Source: Bacteroidales bacterium (GTDB lineage: Bacteria > Bacteroidota > Bacteroidia > Bacteroidales > UBA12077). Taken from it: a DNA stretch of 64,000 nt. The notes under the pieces are model-generated. The model saw nothing but the letters and a program-made list of their open reading frames with translations, was not told the DNA's origin and made no database searches. Location: positions 1-64,000 of the forward strand of contig JANQHR010000034.1 in the NCBI GenBank assembly GCA_028282585.1, in the 5' to 3' direction. Each line of letters begins with the position of its first letter. The first letter of the stretch is position 1. Positions 10,590-19,556 of this stretch are shown one piece after another. Both the position numbers and the translations under genes were made by a program.

Positions 10590-12251
10590 ATGGCAACAAT
10601 AAATATTCAACAAGAACTGGAAGAAATTGCAACCGGTCATAAATACCTTTATTTAGGTGATGAAGGATTTATTAAACATTCTGACAATAAGGAATATATA
10701 AAAAACAAACTGGCAAAAAGCGATAAAACGTTTAACGAAAAAATCTGGGGTACTTTAGGAAATTTCGACAAAAGCAGGATCAACTGGCAGGGAGAACTTC
10801 AGCATTCGATGAATGGAAACTTTGAATCGGAAGGTATAACGCAAGAACTAAAACAAACCTTAATTGAGGCAACGGGCACGAATGATTTAAACCTTGCAGA
10901 TATTAAAGAACGTTATATTTCTTTTGATAAAGTGAATTTTCCTGAAGACTTATCCGGTGAAAAATCATTGCGGTTAACCCTGTTTTTAAATCCGGGAGAA
11001 GGAGCAGTGGTATATTACCAGCATTTCGACATGGATGAATCTGATCCTGATAAAGGAAGCCACAAAGGATTCGATTATGATTTTATTTTACCCGAAGCAA
11101 CAAGAAACGCCGCAGGTTTAATTGACTTTAATACGTATAACCGGGATCGTTTATCTTATGAAATAGATATTATCCCAAAAGAGATCATGACGGATAATGA
11201 TGATCCGGAATTAATAAAAAAACTGCGTTTTGTTGTAAAAATTTTAACATTTGAACGAAAAGCAACTTCAAATGAAAATATCATTGAGCGCACAGAAGAA
11301 AAGGTTTTTGGCTCGGATAAAAAATATAAACTGATGGTTTTCAACACGGATGAAGATGCGTTTAGGAAGGTAGAGAAAGATAAGTATGATATTGATCCTG
11401 CAAAGAAAACATTATTTCTTATTCATGGTACATTTTCCGATACAGCCAATTCGTACGAGGCTATTCTGAAAGAAAAAAACGGAGAACCTTCTTTGTTAAA
11501 GCAATATCTTGATGGCAATAATAAGCATAAACAGATCATTGCTTTTAATCATCAAACTATGTTTGATGATGCCGAAGAAAATGCCGAGCACTTAATGAAA
11601 GCGTTAAATGATTATGATCCGGGATTTACTTTTACTAAACGACTCGATTTAATAGGAACAAGCAGGGGAGCATTGGTAGCAAAATACCTGGCAATTGAAT
11701 ATGAAAAGAATAGTGGTATTAATTCGAAAATTCCTGTCGATAAAATTATTACCGTTTCAGGAGCCAATGGATGTGGTTATTTAACAAAAGGCAAGAATTA
11801 TATAAACGCAATACTTAAAATACTAAACAAGGGTTCTATAGTTCAGAAAATACTGGTTTCTATTGCACAACTTTCTGTTGCTTATATAACATCGCGTAGC
11901 GGATTGGATTTAATGAAACCCGGAAGTTCCAGGTTAACCTATATTTTAGATTATAAACCGGTGCAGGGTTCAATTACAGATGTTTTAACTCTTAGTGCAG
12001 ATTTTCAAGTAGTTAAATCGAAAAAAATTGGAAAGAAAATAAAGAATTTTGCATTACGTATAGGAGATAGAATTGTACAAACCATGTTGGGAAAACAACA
12101 CGATTTTGTTATTGGTACCATTGAGCAACAAATTGCTAAACCTTTTCCACCTGTTCATTTACAGGATAACAAATTGTTTAATGCCATACACGGACAGGTA
12201 CTCGGAAAACCCGGAGCATGGGGTATTATTGTAAAGTATTTACAGATGTAA
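10590..12251 (+). CDS. Lipase-like alpha/beta hydrolase with unknown N-terminal domain
   Basis: LFLIHGTFS oxyanion motif, LIGTSRGALV nucleophile elbow, HDFVI Asp and C-terminal IHG His candidates. Confidence 0.7.
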   Translation: MATINIQQELEEIATGHKYLYLGDEGFIKHSDNKEYIKNKLAKSDKTFNEKIWGTLGNFDKSRINWQGELQHSMNGNFESEGITQELKQTLIEATGTNDLNLADIKERYISFDKVNFPEDLSGEKSLRLTLFLNPGEGAVVYYQHFDMDESDPDKGSHKGFDYDFILPEATRNAAGLIDFNTYNRDRLSYEIDIIPKEIMTDNDDPELIKKLRFVVKILTFERKATSNENIIERTEEKVFGSDKKYKLMVFNTDEDAFRKVEKDKYDIDPAKKTLFLIHGTFSDTANSYEAILKEKNGEPSLLKQYLDGNNKHKQIIAFNHQTMFDDAEENAEHLMKALNDYDPGFTFTKRLDLIGTSRGALVAKYLAIEYEKNSGINSKIPVDKIITVSGANGCGYLTKGKNYINAILKILNKGSIVQKILVSIAQLSVAYITSRSGLDLMKPGSSRLTYILDYKPVQGSITDVLTLSADFQVVKSKKIGKKIKNFALRIGDRIVQTMLGKQHDFVIGTIEQQIAKPFPPVHLQDNKLFNAIHGQVLGKPGAWGIIVKYLQM

Positions 12252-12277
12252 TGGATTATGTAATTTAGGAAAACAAA

Positions 12278-12305
12278 AAATCCCGACGGAATATGGTCGG
12301 GATTT
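12278..12305. terminator. Intrinsic terminator hairpin, similar to the tRNA-Gln downstream hairpin
   Basis: AAATCCCGAC-loop-GTCGGGATTT. Confidence 0.75.
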
Positions 12306-12403
12306 GCTTTCTGGTTCTGAAATAGTCAAAATTTCAAATTAAAACATTTTTCTTGCTACCTGTTTTTCTTAGGACAGGTTTCTTTTAAGAAATACTATGA
12401 GCT

Positions 12404-13108
12404 TTAATTATTATGTTTTTTATAAGATGATATTGATTTGTCAAGAATGTTTTTTGCATTTTTCATATCTGAAAAACCTTTTGATTGTATTACTTCTTTT
12501 CCTTTATAATTTACAAACCAGATTTCAATTATATCGCTAATGCCCTGATACGTATCATCTAACGATTTTAAGGTTCTTAACTCTCCAAATTCTGAATCTT
12601 TTATGACAGCTATTAATTTATCATCTTTTTCTCCGTTATCGAGAAGTTTTAGTACCCCAATTAGGTGGCATCTTATAACTTGACCTCTTTCTATTGGTTT
12701 ACCTAGTACAATAACATCCAAAGGATCACCGTCTCCTCCCAACTCTTTTGGCAAAAGAGTTTGCGGAATCATTCCATAATTAAAAGGGTAGGGTATATAT
12801 CTTATTTTACGAGGTTTACCATTTATTGAATCCGGCTCTAATTTTCCATTTTCCTTATTTACTTCCCATTTCTCATCTGACCCTGTACTAATTTCTATCA
12901 CAACATTAATTGTACTGTCGGAATTTATAGTTTCAATATCTTTTATTAAATGTATAGGACTATCGGTTTTAGCACTTTTGTCAATATTTGTTTCCTGGAT
13001 ACAACTTGTAAAAGGAAATACAGAAATAAATAAAATAATTGTATTAAAAGTCTTATTGATCCTATTATTCACTATCCTATGGAAAAACTGGCCTAATTTT
13101 TTCATCAT
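12404..13108 (-). CDS. ppa: Family I inorganic pyrophosphatase with N-terminal lipoprotein-like leader
   Basis: YPFNYGMIPQT, DGDPLDV, DNGEKDDKLIAV, WFVNYK; hydrophobic stretch ending FTSC; true start uncertain. Confidence 0.85.
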   Translation of the reverse strand: MMKKLGQFFHRIVNNRINKTFNTIILFISVFPFTSCIQETNIDKSAKTDSPIHLIKDIETINSDSTINVVIEISTGSDEKWEVNKENGKLEPDSINGKPRKIRYIPYPFNYGMIPQTLLPKELGGDGDPLDVIVLGKPIERGQVIRCHLIGVLKLLDNGEKDDKLIAVIKDSEFGELRTLKSLDDTYQGISDIIEIWFVNYKGKEVIQSKGFSDMKNAKNILDKSISSYKKHNN

Positions 13109-13166
13109 TTAAAACACTTTTTCTATTTCAAATTTTGCTTCGCTTGTTTTCAGCTGGTATCATTGA

Positions 13167-14765
13167 TTAAATGCTTACTATCTTATCAACTGCAGATCCT
13201 AAATCTTTTAGGTGGGTGGACATAAGTATACTCATGTCAGGATATTGGCTTTTAACATTTTGAAAAATAACCATTGCATTTTCTTTGCTGATTCCTGCAG
13301 TCGGTTCATCAACAACAAGCAATTGCGGTTTTTTGAGCAGCGCCTGTGCCAATAATAGCTTTTTGCGCTGTCCACCACTCAAGGTTTCTCCATTTTCACC
13401 TAACCAGGATTCCAAACCATTCTGGAGAGATAAATACCAGCTTGTCAAGTCAACGGTTTTCAAGACTTGCTCAATCTCCTCATCATTGTATCCCTCAAAG
13501 TTTTCTCTCAAAGTTCCGGTAAGCAAATAGGCTTTTTGGGTAACATAAATACATTCGGGAACTGGTAAATGAGATATTTCCGTATCACTGTTCCATGCTA
13601 AACTGCCACGATGTCGATATTCAGGATAAAAAAGGCTGTTTAACAAGGTGGTCTTTCCTTTTCCTGTTTCTCCGTAAAGAGCTATCCAATCTCCTTTTTT
13701 GATTTCCAGGTTAATTTCGTCAGTACGTACAGGTGTTTCAGGAATTTTTGCGCAAACATTTTTCAAAGTTAAGCTATCGAAACTTGAATTGACTTGCATG
13801 CTCTCATCGGGTTGTTCTTCCTTTTTGATAATCGAATCGATATCTTTGATTTGATGTGCAACCGAACTTTTTTCTGATTTTCCCGAGAAAAGCATTTCAG
13901 ACAATTCTGCCTGTGCCATAATACCAAAAAATATACCGATTGCCAAGGGCGCATCGATGCCATAATTGCTTGAATTCCAAATAATAAAAATGGCAATGCA
14001 ACTAAAACCAAAACCGGCAATCATTTGCAAAGAAAATGAATTTGTTTGTAGTTTTTTTTCCAAGCGTTCGAGCTTCAACATGCTCTTTTCTTGTTGCTTA
14101 ACGGCTTTCTCCTCCAAATTGTATTTAGAAATTTCTATCCGGCCTCTAAAACTCTGAATAAGTGAATGATTGTTTTCTTCGCGTTTTAATTTAAGCTTTG
14201 CGTAGAGCCTTCGGTTTTTAATCAAAATGAATTGAGGAATAACAAACAAGAGTATGGCCGATGAAATCAAAAATTCAAGGGCTATTGCTGTTGAAAATAC
14301 ATTTAAAAAGAAGAAATAGATGCCAAGTGAAATAATCAGCGTTGTAAACGGCAAAATCCAAAGGAGAATGTGATTTAAAATTAGATCAATGCCATACGTG
14401 CTGTTTTCCAGTATGGACGAATTGTTCTTAACTTGTTTTTTGAAGTAGGGAAATTTTGCTACCGACCGAAAAATCTTTAATTGCAAACTTCGCTGAGCAT
14501 CTAAGGTTGTTATATGGTTTTCCAGGCGCTCAAAATACCTTGTTGCTGTACGTAACAACGCTAATAACCGGATAATAGAGGAAGGAACCAAATAAGAGAA
14601 TAAAGCATTTGCTGTAATGAACGTTAAGCTGCAAGAAGCAAGAAACCAGCCTGAAATTGCAGGTAGCGCAATAAAAGAAACCGACCAGATAAGGAGCAGA
14701 AGAATGCCTTTCATCCATCTGCCCGACATGGGATATAGGATATGTCTGAAAATAAATCTACGCAT
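13167..14765 (-). CDS. cydC: CydC-like ABC exporter subunit
   Basis: ISGWFLA, IRLLALLRTATRYFERL (CydC signature), Walker A GETGKGKT, LSGGQ, VVDEPT; overlaps upstream cydD. Confidence 0.85.
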   Translation of the reverse strand: MRRFIFRHILYPMSGRWMKGILLLLIWSVSFIALPAISGWFLASCSLTFITANALFSYLVPSSIIRLLALLRTATRYFERLENHITTLDAQRSLQLKIFRSVAKFPYFKKQVKNNSSILENSTYGIDLILNHILLWILPFTTLIISLGIYFFFLNVFSTAIALEFLISSAILLFVIPQFILIKNRRLYAKLKLKREENNHSLIQSFRGRIEISKYNLEEKAVKQQEKSMLKLERLEKKLQTNSFSLQMIAGFGFSCIAIFIIWNSSNYGIDAPLAIGIFFGIMAQAELSEMLFSGKSEKSSVAHQIKDIDSIIKKEEQPDESMQVNSSFDSLTLKNVCAKIPETPVRTDEINLEIKKGDWIALYGETGKGKTTLLNSLFYPEYRHRGSLAWNSDTEISHLPVPECIYVTQKAYLLTGTLRENFEGYNDEEIEQVLKTVDLTSWYLSLQNGLESWLGENGETLSGGQRKKLLLAQALLKKPQLLVVDEPTAGISKENAMVIFQNVKSQYPDMSILMSTHLKDLGSAVDKIVSI

Positions 14766-16401
14766 TATCCACCTGTTCCCCCCAGTTTAAATTTAAAACT
14801 TTAGTTGCAATCGTTTCAAACCTCTCTTCGTGTGAGGCAAGGATTAACAGCTTGTTTTGAGACATTTTTTCAATTTGTTCAAGAATAATTTCGACAGTTC
14901 CGGTATCCAGATTTGCCGTAGGTTCGTCCAAAATTGCAATTGGTTTTGGGTATAGCATCATTCGGGCAAGCGTCACCAATTGCTTTTCGCCTCCTGAAAG
15001 CTGTTTTCCATTATGGCTTAAAATTGTTTGCCATCCGTCTTCTTTTTTTGCCAGCAGCTTATCTAAAAACTCGGGATACAGGCTATCAGTCTCAGATTCC
15101 TTATCAAGAAATACATTGTATCGTAATGTTCCGTCGAATATGAAAGGAAACTGATTCATGTAAGACGAATTTGTTTTAAGCCATTGTGTTGACCATAGAC
15201 TACTGTTTCCGTTCACCGAAACATTTTCATCTTGCGCTATCAAATTTCCTGAAAGAATTTTTAACAAAGTAGATTTTCCCGATCCTGATATCCCTTTCAC
15301 CAGTACTAATCCTTTATTTGGAAGCTTAAGATGAATATTATGCAGTACTTTTACGATGGTATCAGGATAAGCAAAACTCAATTCATTGATCTCAAGCGTT
15401 TCTAGCTTTTCGTTTTCAACAGAAAAAGGCATTTCATCATTTTCATGTAATAAAGGCATTAGTAATTTGGCAGAAGCCAGAGCCTTGTCTCTGTCATGAT
15501 AAGCACTCACAAATTTCCGCAGATAAAAGAAAAGATAAGGAGCCAGTATAAGCAAAAACAATGCAATATGAAAATCGTAACCTTTTCCGTAATTGCTTCC
15601 GGGAATGATTCCGAGAAGACTTAATCCGAGGTAGATAGCAACACCTGCGATGGCAATGGACACAAAAAGCTCCAGTACTGCCGACGATAAAATAGCTATC
15701 CTCATCACATTGGTTGTTGCTTTGTTAAGTGCCTTGCTTTTTTCAGATAAAAATAGGAATTGAGATTTTAAGTTATCTAAATTGACAATTTCAGCAACTG
15801 TTTGAAGTCGATTGTAAAAAACTGCCGAATATTTCATGAAAAGATTGATGTGTTTTTTATGAAGTGAAGTTGCTCCTACACCGATCATTTTCATTAACAA
15901 AGGAATAACAGCTATGGAAACAAGTAACGTTAGTCCTACCCAAAATTCGAGCCAGAAACTTAAACTTAATAAAAGGATTACAACGAGAGCTGAAGCGGTG
16001 GCATAAGGAATAAAAAAAGAAAAGAAAGGTTTTAGGTCATCACTTACTCTGGTAACTAATAAAGTACTTGATATGGAGTCTGATTGATTATTATTAAGCA
16101 GCTTGGGATATAATTTCTTTTTGATTTTGGAAACAATAGTATTTCCTGCCTTGTAATTTAGTAATGATGAAAAATGGGCAAAAACATATCTGCCAGTCAA
16201 AAATGCGAACGCATACAGTAGTTTATACGGAAAAATCTGATCCTCGTTAAGCCAGACAGCAGCGAACTCTGATAAGTACCAACTAAAAACAACAAAACAA
16301 CCGGCGCTTAAAACTGTAAATGCTGAAGCGAAGATATATGCCCGCTTTACTTCAGGTATCCACTTAATTAGCCATCGGAATGCATTTTCCGGATTATTCA
16401 T
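14758..16401 (-). CDS. cydD: CydD-like ABC exporter subunit
   Basis: MRIAILSSAVLELF (CydD motif), GISGSGKS, LSGGE, ILDEPTANLD. Confidence 0.85.
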   Translation of the reverse strand: MNNPENAFRWLIKWIPEVKRAYIFASAFTVLSAGCFVVFSWYLSEFAAVWLNEDQIFPYKLLYAFAFLTGRYVFAHFSSLLNYKAGNTIVSKIKKKLYPKLLNNNQSDSISSTLLVTRVSDDLKPFFSFFIPYATASALVVILLLSLSFWLEFWVGLTLLVSIAVIPLLMKMIGVGATSLHKKHINLFMKYSAVFYNRLQTVAEIVNLDNLKSQFLFLSEKSKALNKATTNVMRIAILSSAVLELFVSIAIAGVAIYLGLSLLGIIPGSNYGKGYDFHIALFLLILAPYLFFYLRKFVSAYHDRDKALASAKLLMPLLHENDEMPFSVENEKLETLEINELSFAYPDTIVKVLHNIHLKLPNKGLVLVKGISGSGKSTLLKILSGNLIAQDENVSVNGNSSLWSTQWLKTNSSYMNQFPFIFDGTLRYNVFLDKESETDSLYPEFLDKLLAKKEDGWQTILSHNGKQLSGGEKQLVTLARMMLYPKPIAILDEPTANLDTGTVEIILEQIEKMSQNKLLILASHEERFETIATKVLNLNWGEQVDNA

Positions 16402-16612
16402 TAATTATTCGGTTTTCCATGCTTTATTTTAGATTGCCTAAGTTAATATTTTCCATGGAAACTGTGGAGGAACCTAAAAATTTTCTGCCCGGCTTAAAGC
16501 CTGGTTGTTTTGCCCTGAGTTCGTTATAATTTTAATCTCAGTTGGTTCGGAAATGATGAGTTGAAATAATCAGCTCATAACCAATTTTTTATGTCGTAAC
16601 AAGTTATTCTTT

Positions 16613-17344
16613 TTATTCATTCACTTGATTATTTGTACTCTTATCTTGTTTATTATGCCTATTATGTTTTTCACCTTCCTCATCCGGATTGCTGTAAGCT
16701 AAATACTGAGGCGTAATAATTGTTGTACCATCATATATGTGTGATTTTATTGTAGCTACTGCTTGTAGTGCTGTTGATATAGATGAAGGAGATAAGTCTG
16801 TGGTTGTAGGTATTAACTCATTGATTTTTTTTGAACTAATACCTGTAACTCTAACCTCTAATGAGCCTTCTATTTTATCAATATTAGCAGCTAAACTCAT
16901 AGGGCTGGCCAGATTAATATTTGCCTTTTTTGTCTTTACTTTAGCTACCATCCTGACCCCAATCCCAATAAGCACTGATTTACTTTTGCCTAATTCATCT
17001 ACCCAATTAATAGTTTGGGTTTGCGAAAAGTCATATATTACTTGATATACTTCATTCTTACCTGACATTCCAAAACCGGCAAATTTTAATTCTCCTTCCG
17101 CTGTTAATTGATATATAGTCACATTCGAAACAGTATTAGGAAAAGAATTTAATAATTTGTAATCATGTTTGAGGTCTTTAATGTTTCGTATTTCTTGCGT
17201 AAGCGAGTCATTTATATACCATATTTCGCCTTTATAGTGCACTGGAACAGTAAGTGCAATATAGTCTGATGTAAATTCTTGAGCATTTACAGATAAACAA
17301 CTCATTATTAGGATAATGCTTATTAGTTGGATTGTTTTTCTCAT
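16613..17344 (-). CDS. Secreted hypothetical protein (cassette gene)
   Basis: 243-aa ORF with Sec signal peptide (SVNA-Q); no family recognised. Confidence 0.75.
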   Translation of the reverse strand: MRKTIQLISIILIMSCLSVNAQEFTSDYIALTVPVHYKGEIWYINDSLTQEIRNIKDLKHDYKLLNSFPNTVSNVTIYQLTAEGELKFAGFGMSGKNEVYQVIYDFSQTQTINWVDELGKSKSVLIGIGVRMVAKVKTKKANINLASPMSLAANIDKIEGSLEVRVTGISSKKINELIPTTTDLSPSSISTALQAVATIKSHIYDGTTIITPQYLAYSNPDEEGEKHNRHNKQDKSTNNQVNE

Positions 17345-17389
17345 GGTTTATAATGTTAAAATTTTATAAAATATTCATTACCTGGACTA

Positions 17390-17533
17390 TTAACCGGGCT
17401 TTGGTCCCGGATTGGAGTCAGGTTTGGGCCCCGGATTTGAATCAGGTTTTGGTCCGGGATTAGTGCCAGGTTTAGGACCTGGATTTGAATCAGGTATTGG
17501 TCTGCGATTTTCATTAAGTTTTAATCGATTCAT
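17390..17533 (-). CDS. 47-aa tandem-repeat peptide MNRLKLNENRRPI(PDSNPGPK)(PGTNPGPK)(PDSNPGPK)(PDSNPGPK)PG; not in the ORF track
   Basis: ATG at 17533, TAA at 17390-17392; 24-nt repeat with mainly synonymous third-position variation in this frame; A-rich leader. Confidence 0.6.
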   Translation of the reverse strand: MNRLKLNENRRPIPDSNPGPKPGTNPGPKPDSNPGPKPDSNPGPKPG

Positions 17534-17580
17534 AATTATTGTTTTTAGGTTATTGGACTTTTCTATACTGCAGGTTGTAA

Positions 17581-17735
17581 TTTGTTACGACTTGTTGTCA
17601 TAAAAAATGGGTTTAAAATCTGAAGTTTTTGCATAAACATATTAGCCGGGAAAACATCCTGGAAACGTGCTAATAATTTTTTATTCATTTGAACCATTAC
17701 TATACTTTTTACTCTCCCTTTCGTATTCGCAATAG
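17581..17735 (-). repeat. Leader copy C with attI-like head site
   Basis: Aligns by eye to 27281-27466 (TTTTGCATAAACATAT; TAATAATTTTTTATTCATTTGAACCATTAC; CCCTTTCGTATTCGCAATAG). Confidence 0.85.
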
Positions 17736-17854
17736 TTCTGTTTGATAATCAGATAAATGAAGTTAAGAAAACAAAAAATATTTACCAAAGTTTTTTTAGA
17801 TATTTTAGCAATTTTTTTGCAGCTAGGGATAATTCGTAATTTTTTGTAAGATAA

Positions 17855-18028
17855 GCATATAGCAAAAACCTTATCGGGATTCACTGAATTGCTCTCCGCC
17901 AAGAACGAGCTTCTATTGTTTTTATATACAGTTAATTAACTCGAAGTATAATTAAAAACTAATACATTTCAATTGAGTGTTTGCCTGTTTTTCTTCGGCG
18001 AACAGTTCGTGAGACAGGTTGCTTATGC
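17855..18028. repeat. attC-like imperfect palindrome spacer
   Basis: GCATATAGCAAAAACC pairs with GGTTGCTTATGC; TCACTGAATTG..CGCCAAGAA pairs with TTCTTCGGCGAACAGTTCGTGA; overlaps the stop codon of the adjacent gene. Confidence 0.6.
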
Positions 18029-18670
18029 AAAATGTTGTTTAGTATATTTATTAATTTCTCTTTTTAATTTCTCAGATTTAGTTGTGCTTAATACATCTTT
18101 TAAGAAATCTTTAACTTCAATTAGGTCAAGTAAATCTGTATCGGTCGTGTTTAATAGCTTTAGAAATTCCGAGATCAGGAAATTCTGATGTTTTTCAGAT
18201 TTGTCATTTATGCGTAATGATTTAATGATCTTTGAAATAATCCCGGTTGTAAGTTCAGGCTTCTCTTTTATTATTTTACCTGAGTTGCTGATACAATATT
18301 TAATTGTTGATATTTTTTCGTCATTAAGTTGTTTATAATAATCATCAATTATATGTTCAAAAAGATTATCCTTATCCACAACCATCAAGTTAGCTATCAG
18401 GTGCATACCATAATTTCTGTGGTATGAATTTTTATAGTGAAGCAAAGAAGAGAATTTAGCCCAATAACAATAAAATAACGAAGGTTCAACCTTTGTTGCC
18501 TCATCAAGAATCATATAAGAGTGGTAATAAACATTAATTGAATCAGTATCCAATAAATGCTTAACCAAAATGTCTCTGAAATCTTTTTGACTTTTAGCTA
18601 AATCGAAATAAGGAGTAATATCAGCTTTAGTATCTGAAACAATTTGCAAATATTTATTCTCATCAATCAT
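18023..18670 (-). CDS. Hypothetical helical (HEAT/ARM-like) protein
   Basis: 215-aa ORF with amphipathic helical pattern; family not recognised. Confidence 0.6.
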   Translation of the reverse strand: MIDENKYLQIVSDTKADITPYFDLAKSQKDFRDILVKHLLDTDSINVYYHSYMILDEATKVEPSLFYCYWAKFSSLLHYKNSYHRNYGMHLIANLMVVDKDNLFEHIIDDYYKQLNDEKISTIKYCISNSGKIIKEKPELTTGIISKIIKSLRINDKSEKHQNFLISEFLKLLNTTDTDLLDLIEVKDFLKDVLSTTKSEKLKREINKYTKQHFA

Positions 18671-18792
18671 ATTTAGTTAATTAATATCGTACTTATATCT
18701 TGTTTTGCAGGGTGTTTAGTCAATTTTTACTTGTTTTTCTATCTAAAAATATTTTTATTAACTCTCGTAAATAACTTGCAATGTTACTATAC

Positions 18793-19356
18793 TTAATTTC
18801 TTTTAAATGGTAACTTCCAAACATTTTTAAACGGAATAATCATGGATGTTCTTTTTTTATAATCAAGATAATCATCCCCAAAATCGTCGAATAATCTTTT
18901 TTCTTCGGTTCGTTTAAGATAGATTATAATAATCAATAAAAAAGACAAGCAAAAAATTAAAGAACCTAATGAGTTAACTATTAAAGCGATTGCAAAATAG
19001 ATAGAATTTATTCCAAAAACCATTGGATTTCTTGTATACTTATACGGCCCGGTGATAACTAATTTCTTTGAACGAGGACTTATTTCAATATTAAACACAT
19101 CCGTTGGTCCTCCTTTACCTATTCTAAACAAATTAATATTTGACCAAATCGTAAATACCAATCCTGTTAATAACAATAATGCGGTGATCAGTATCCTTGG
19201 AGTAGTAGAATTTAAAATAGATGTACTAAAAAAGCTATGTTTGATTTTCGAGATTGAATAAATTATTACCGGAATAACGATCACAAAAACCAAAAGTCCA
19301 ATTGTATACCCACTTATATGCTTATATTTTTCTTGTTTAGATATTTCAACGCGCAT
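18793..19356 (-). CDS. ICMT/PEMT family membrane methyltransferase
   Basis: LVITGPYKYTRNPMVFG, EEKRL...FGDDYLDYKKRT, TM helices. Confidence 0.85.
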   Translation of the reverse strand: MRVEISKQEKYKHISGYTIGLLVFVIVIPVIIYSISKIKHSFFSTSILNSTTPRILITALLLLTGLVFTIWSNINLFRIGKGGPTDVFNIEISPRSKKLVITGPYKYTRNPMVFGINSIYFAIALIVNSLGSLIFCLSFLLIIIIYLKRTEEKRLFDDFGDDYLDYKKRTSMIIPFKNVWKLPFKRN

Positions 19357-19364
19357 CGTTTTAT

Positions 19365-19464
19365 GTATGGTAAATCTTTAGATTAGTAAAGTCGATTAAG
19401 TTTTAGGTTGTTCAAATTTAACATTTTCTGTACTATGTTTTATAACAACCCGTTAAACATTGGC
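19365..19464. repeat. Truncated attC-like spacer
   Basis: TTCAAATTTAACATTTTCTGTACTATGTTTTAT...GTT resembles 25946-25995; minus strand reads GTTTAAC (RYYYAAC). Confidence 0.55.
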
Positions 19465-19495
19465 TTTTTGATTAGCAATATACTTAAATAAATAC

Positions 19496-19530
19496 AAAAG
19501 CGATTCAAGTTTGCACCTGAACCGCTTTTG
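19496..19530 (-). terminator. Intrinsic terminator after hydrolase gene
   Basis: CAAAAGCGATTCA-loop-TGAACCGCTTTTG. Confidence 0.65.
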
Positions 19531-19556
19531 CTTTTACACCTTGTTGACACTGGTTT

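Noticed and set aside
17393-17494. 24-nt repeats as a CRISPR array
   Set aside because: Repeats are contiguous with no spacers, vary at codon third positions, and there are no cas genes
17412-17603. Plus-strand 63-aa GPG-repeat ORF
   Set aside because: Antisense shadow of the minus-strand peptide: TTG start, against array orientation, and repeat variation is non-synonymous in this frame
17681-17902. 73-aa minus-strand ORF
   Set aside because: TTG start inside a palindromic spacer and end inside leader copy C; probably spurious
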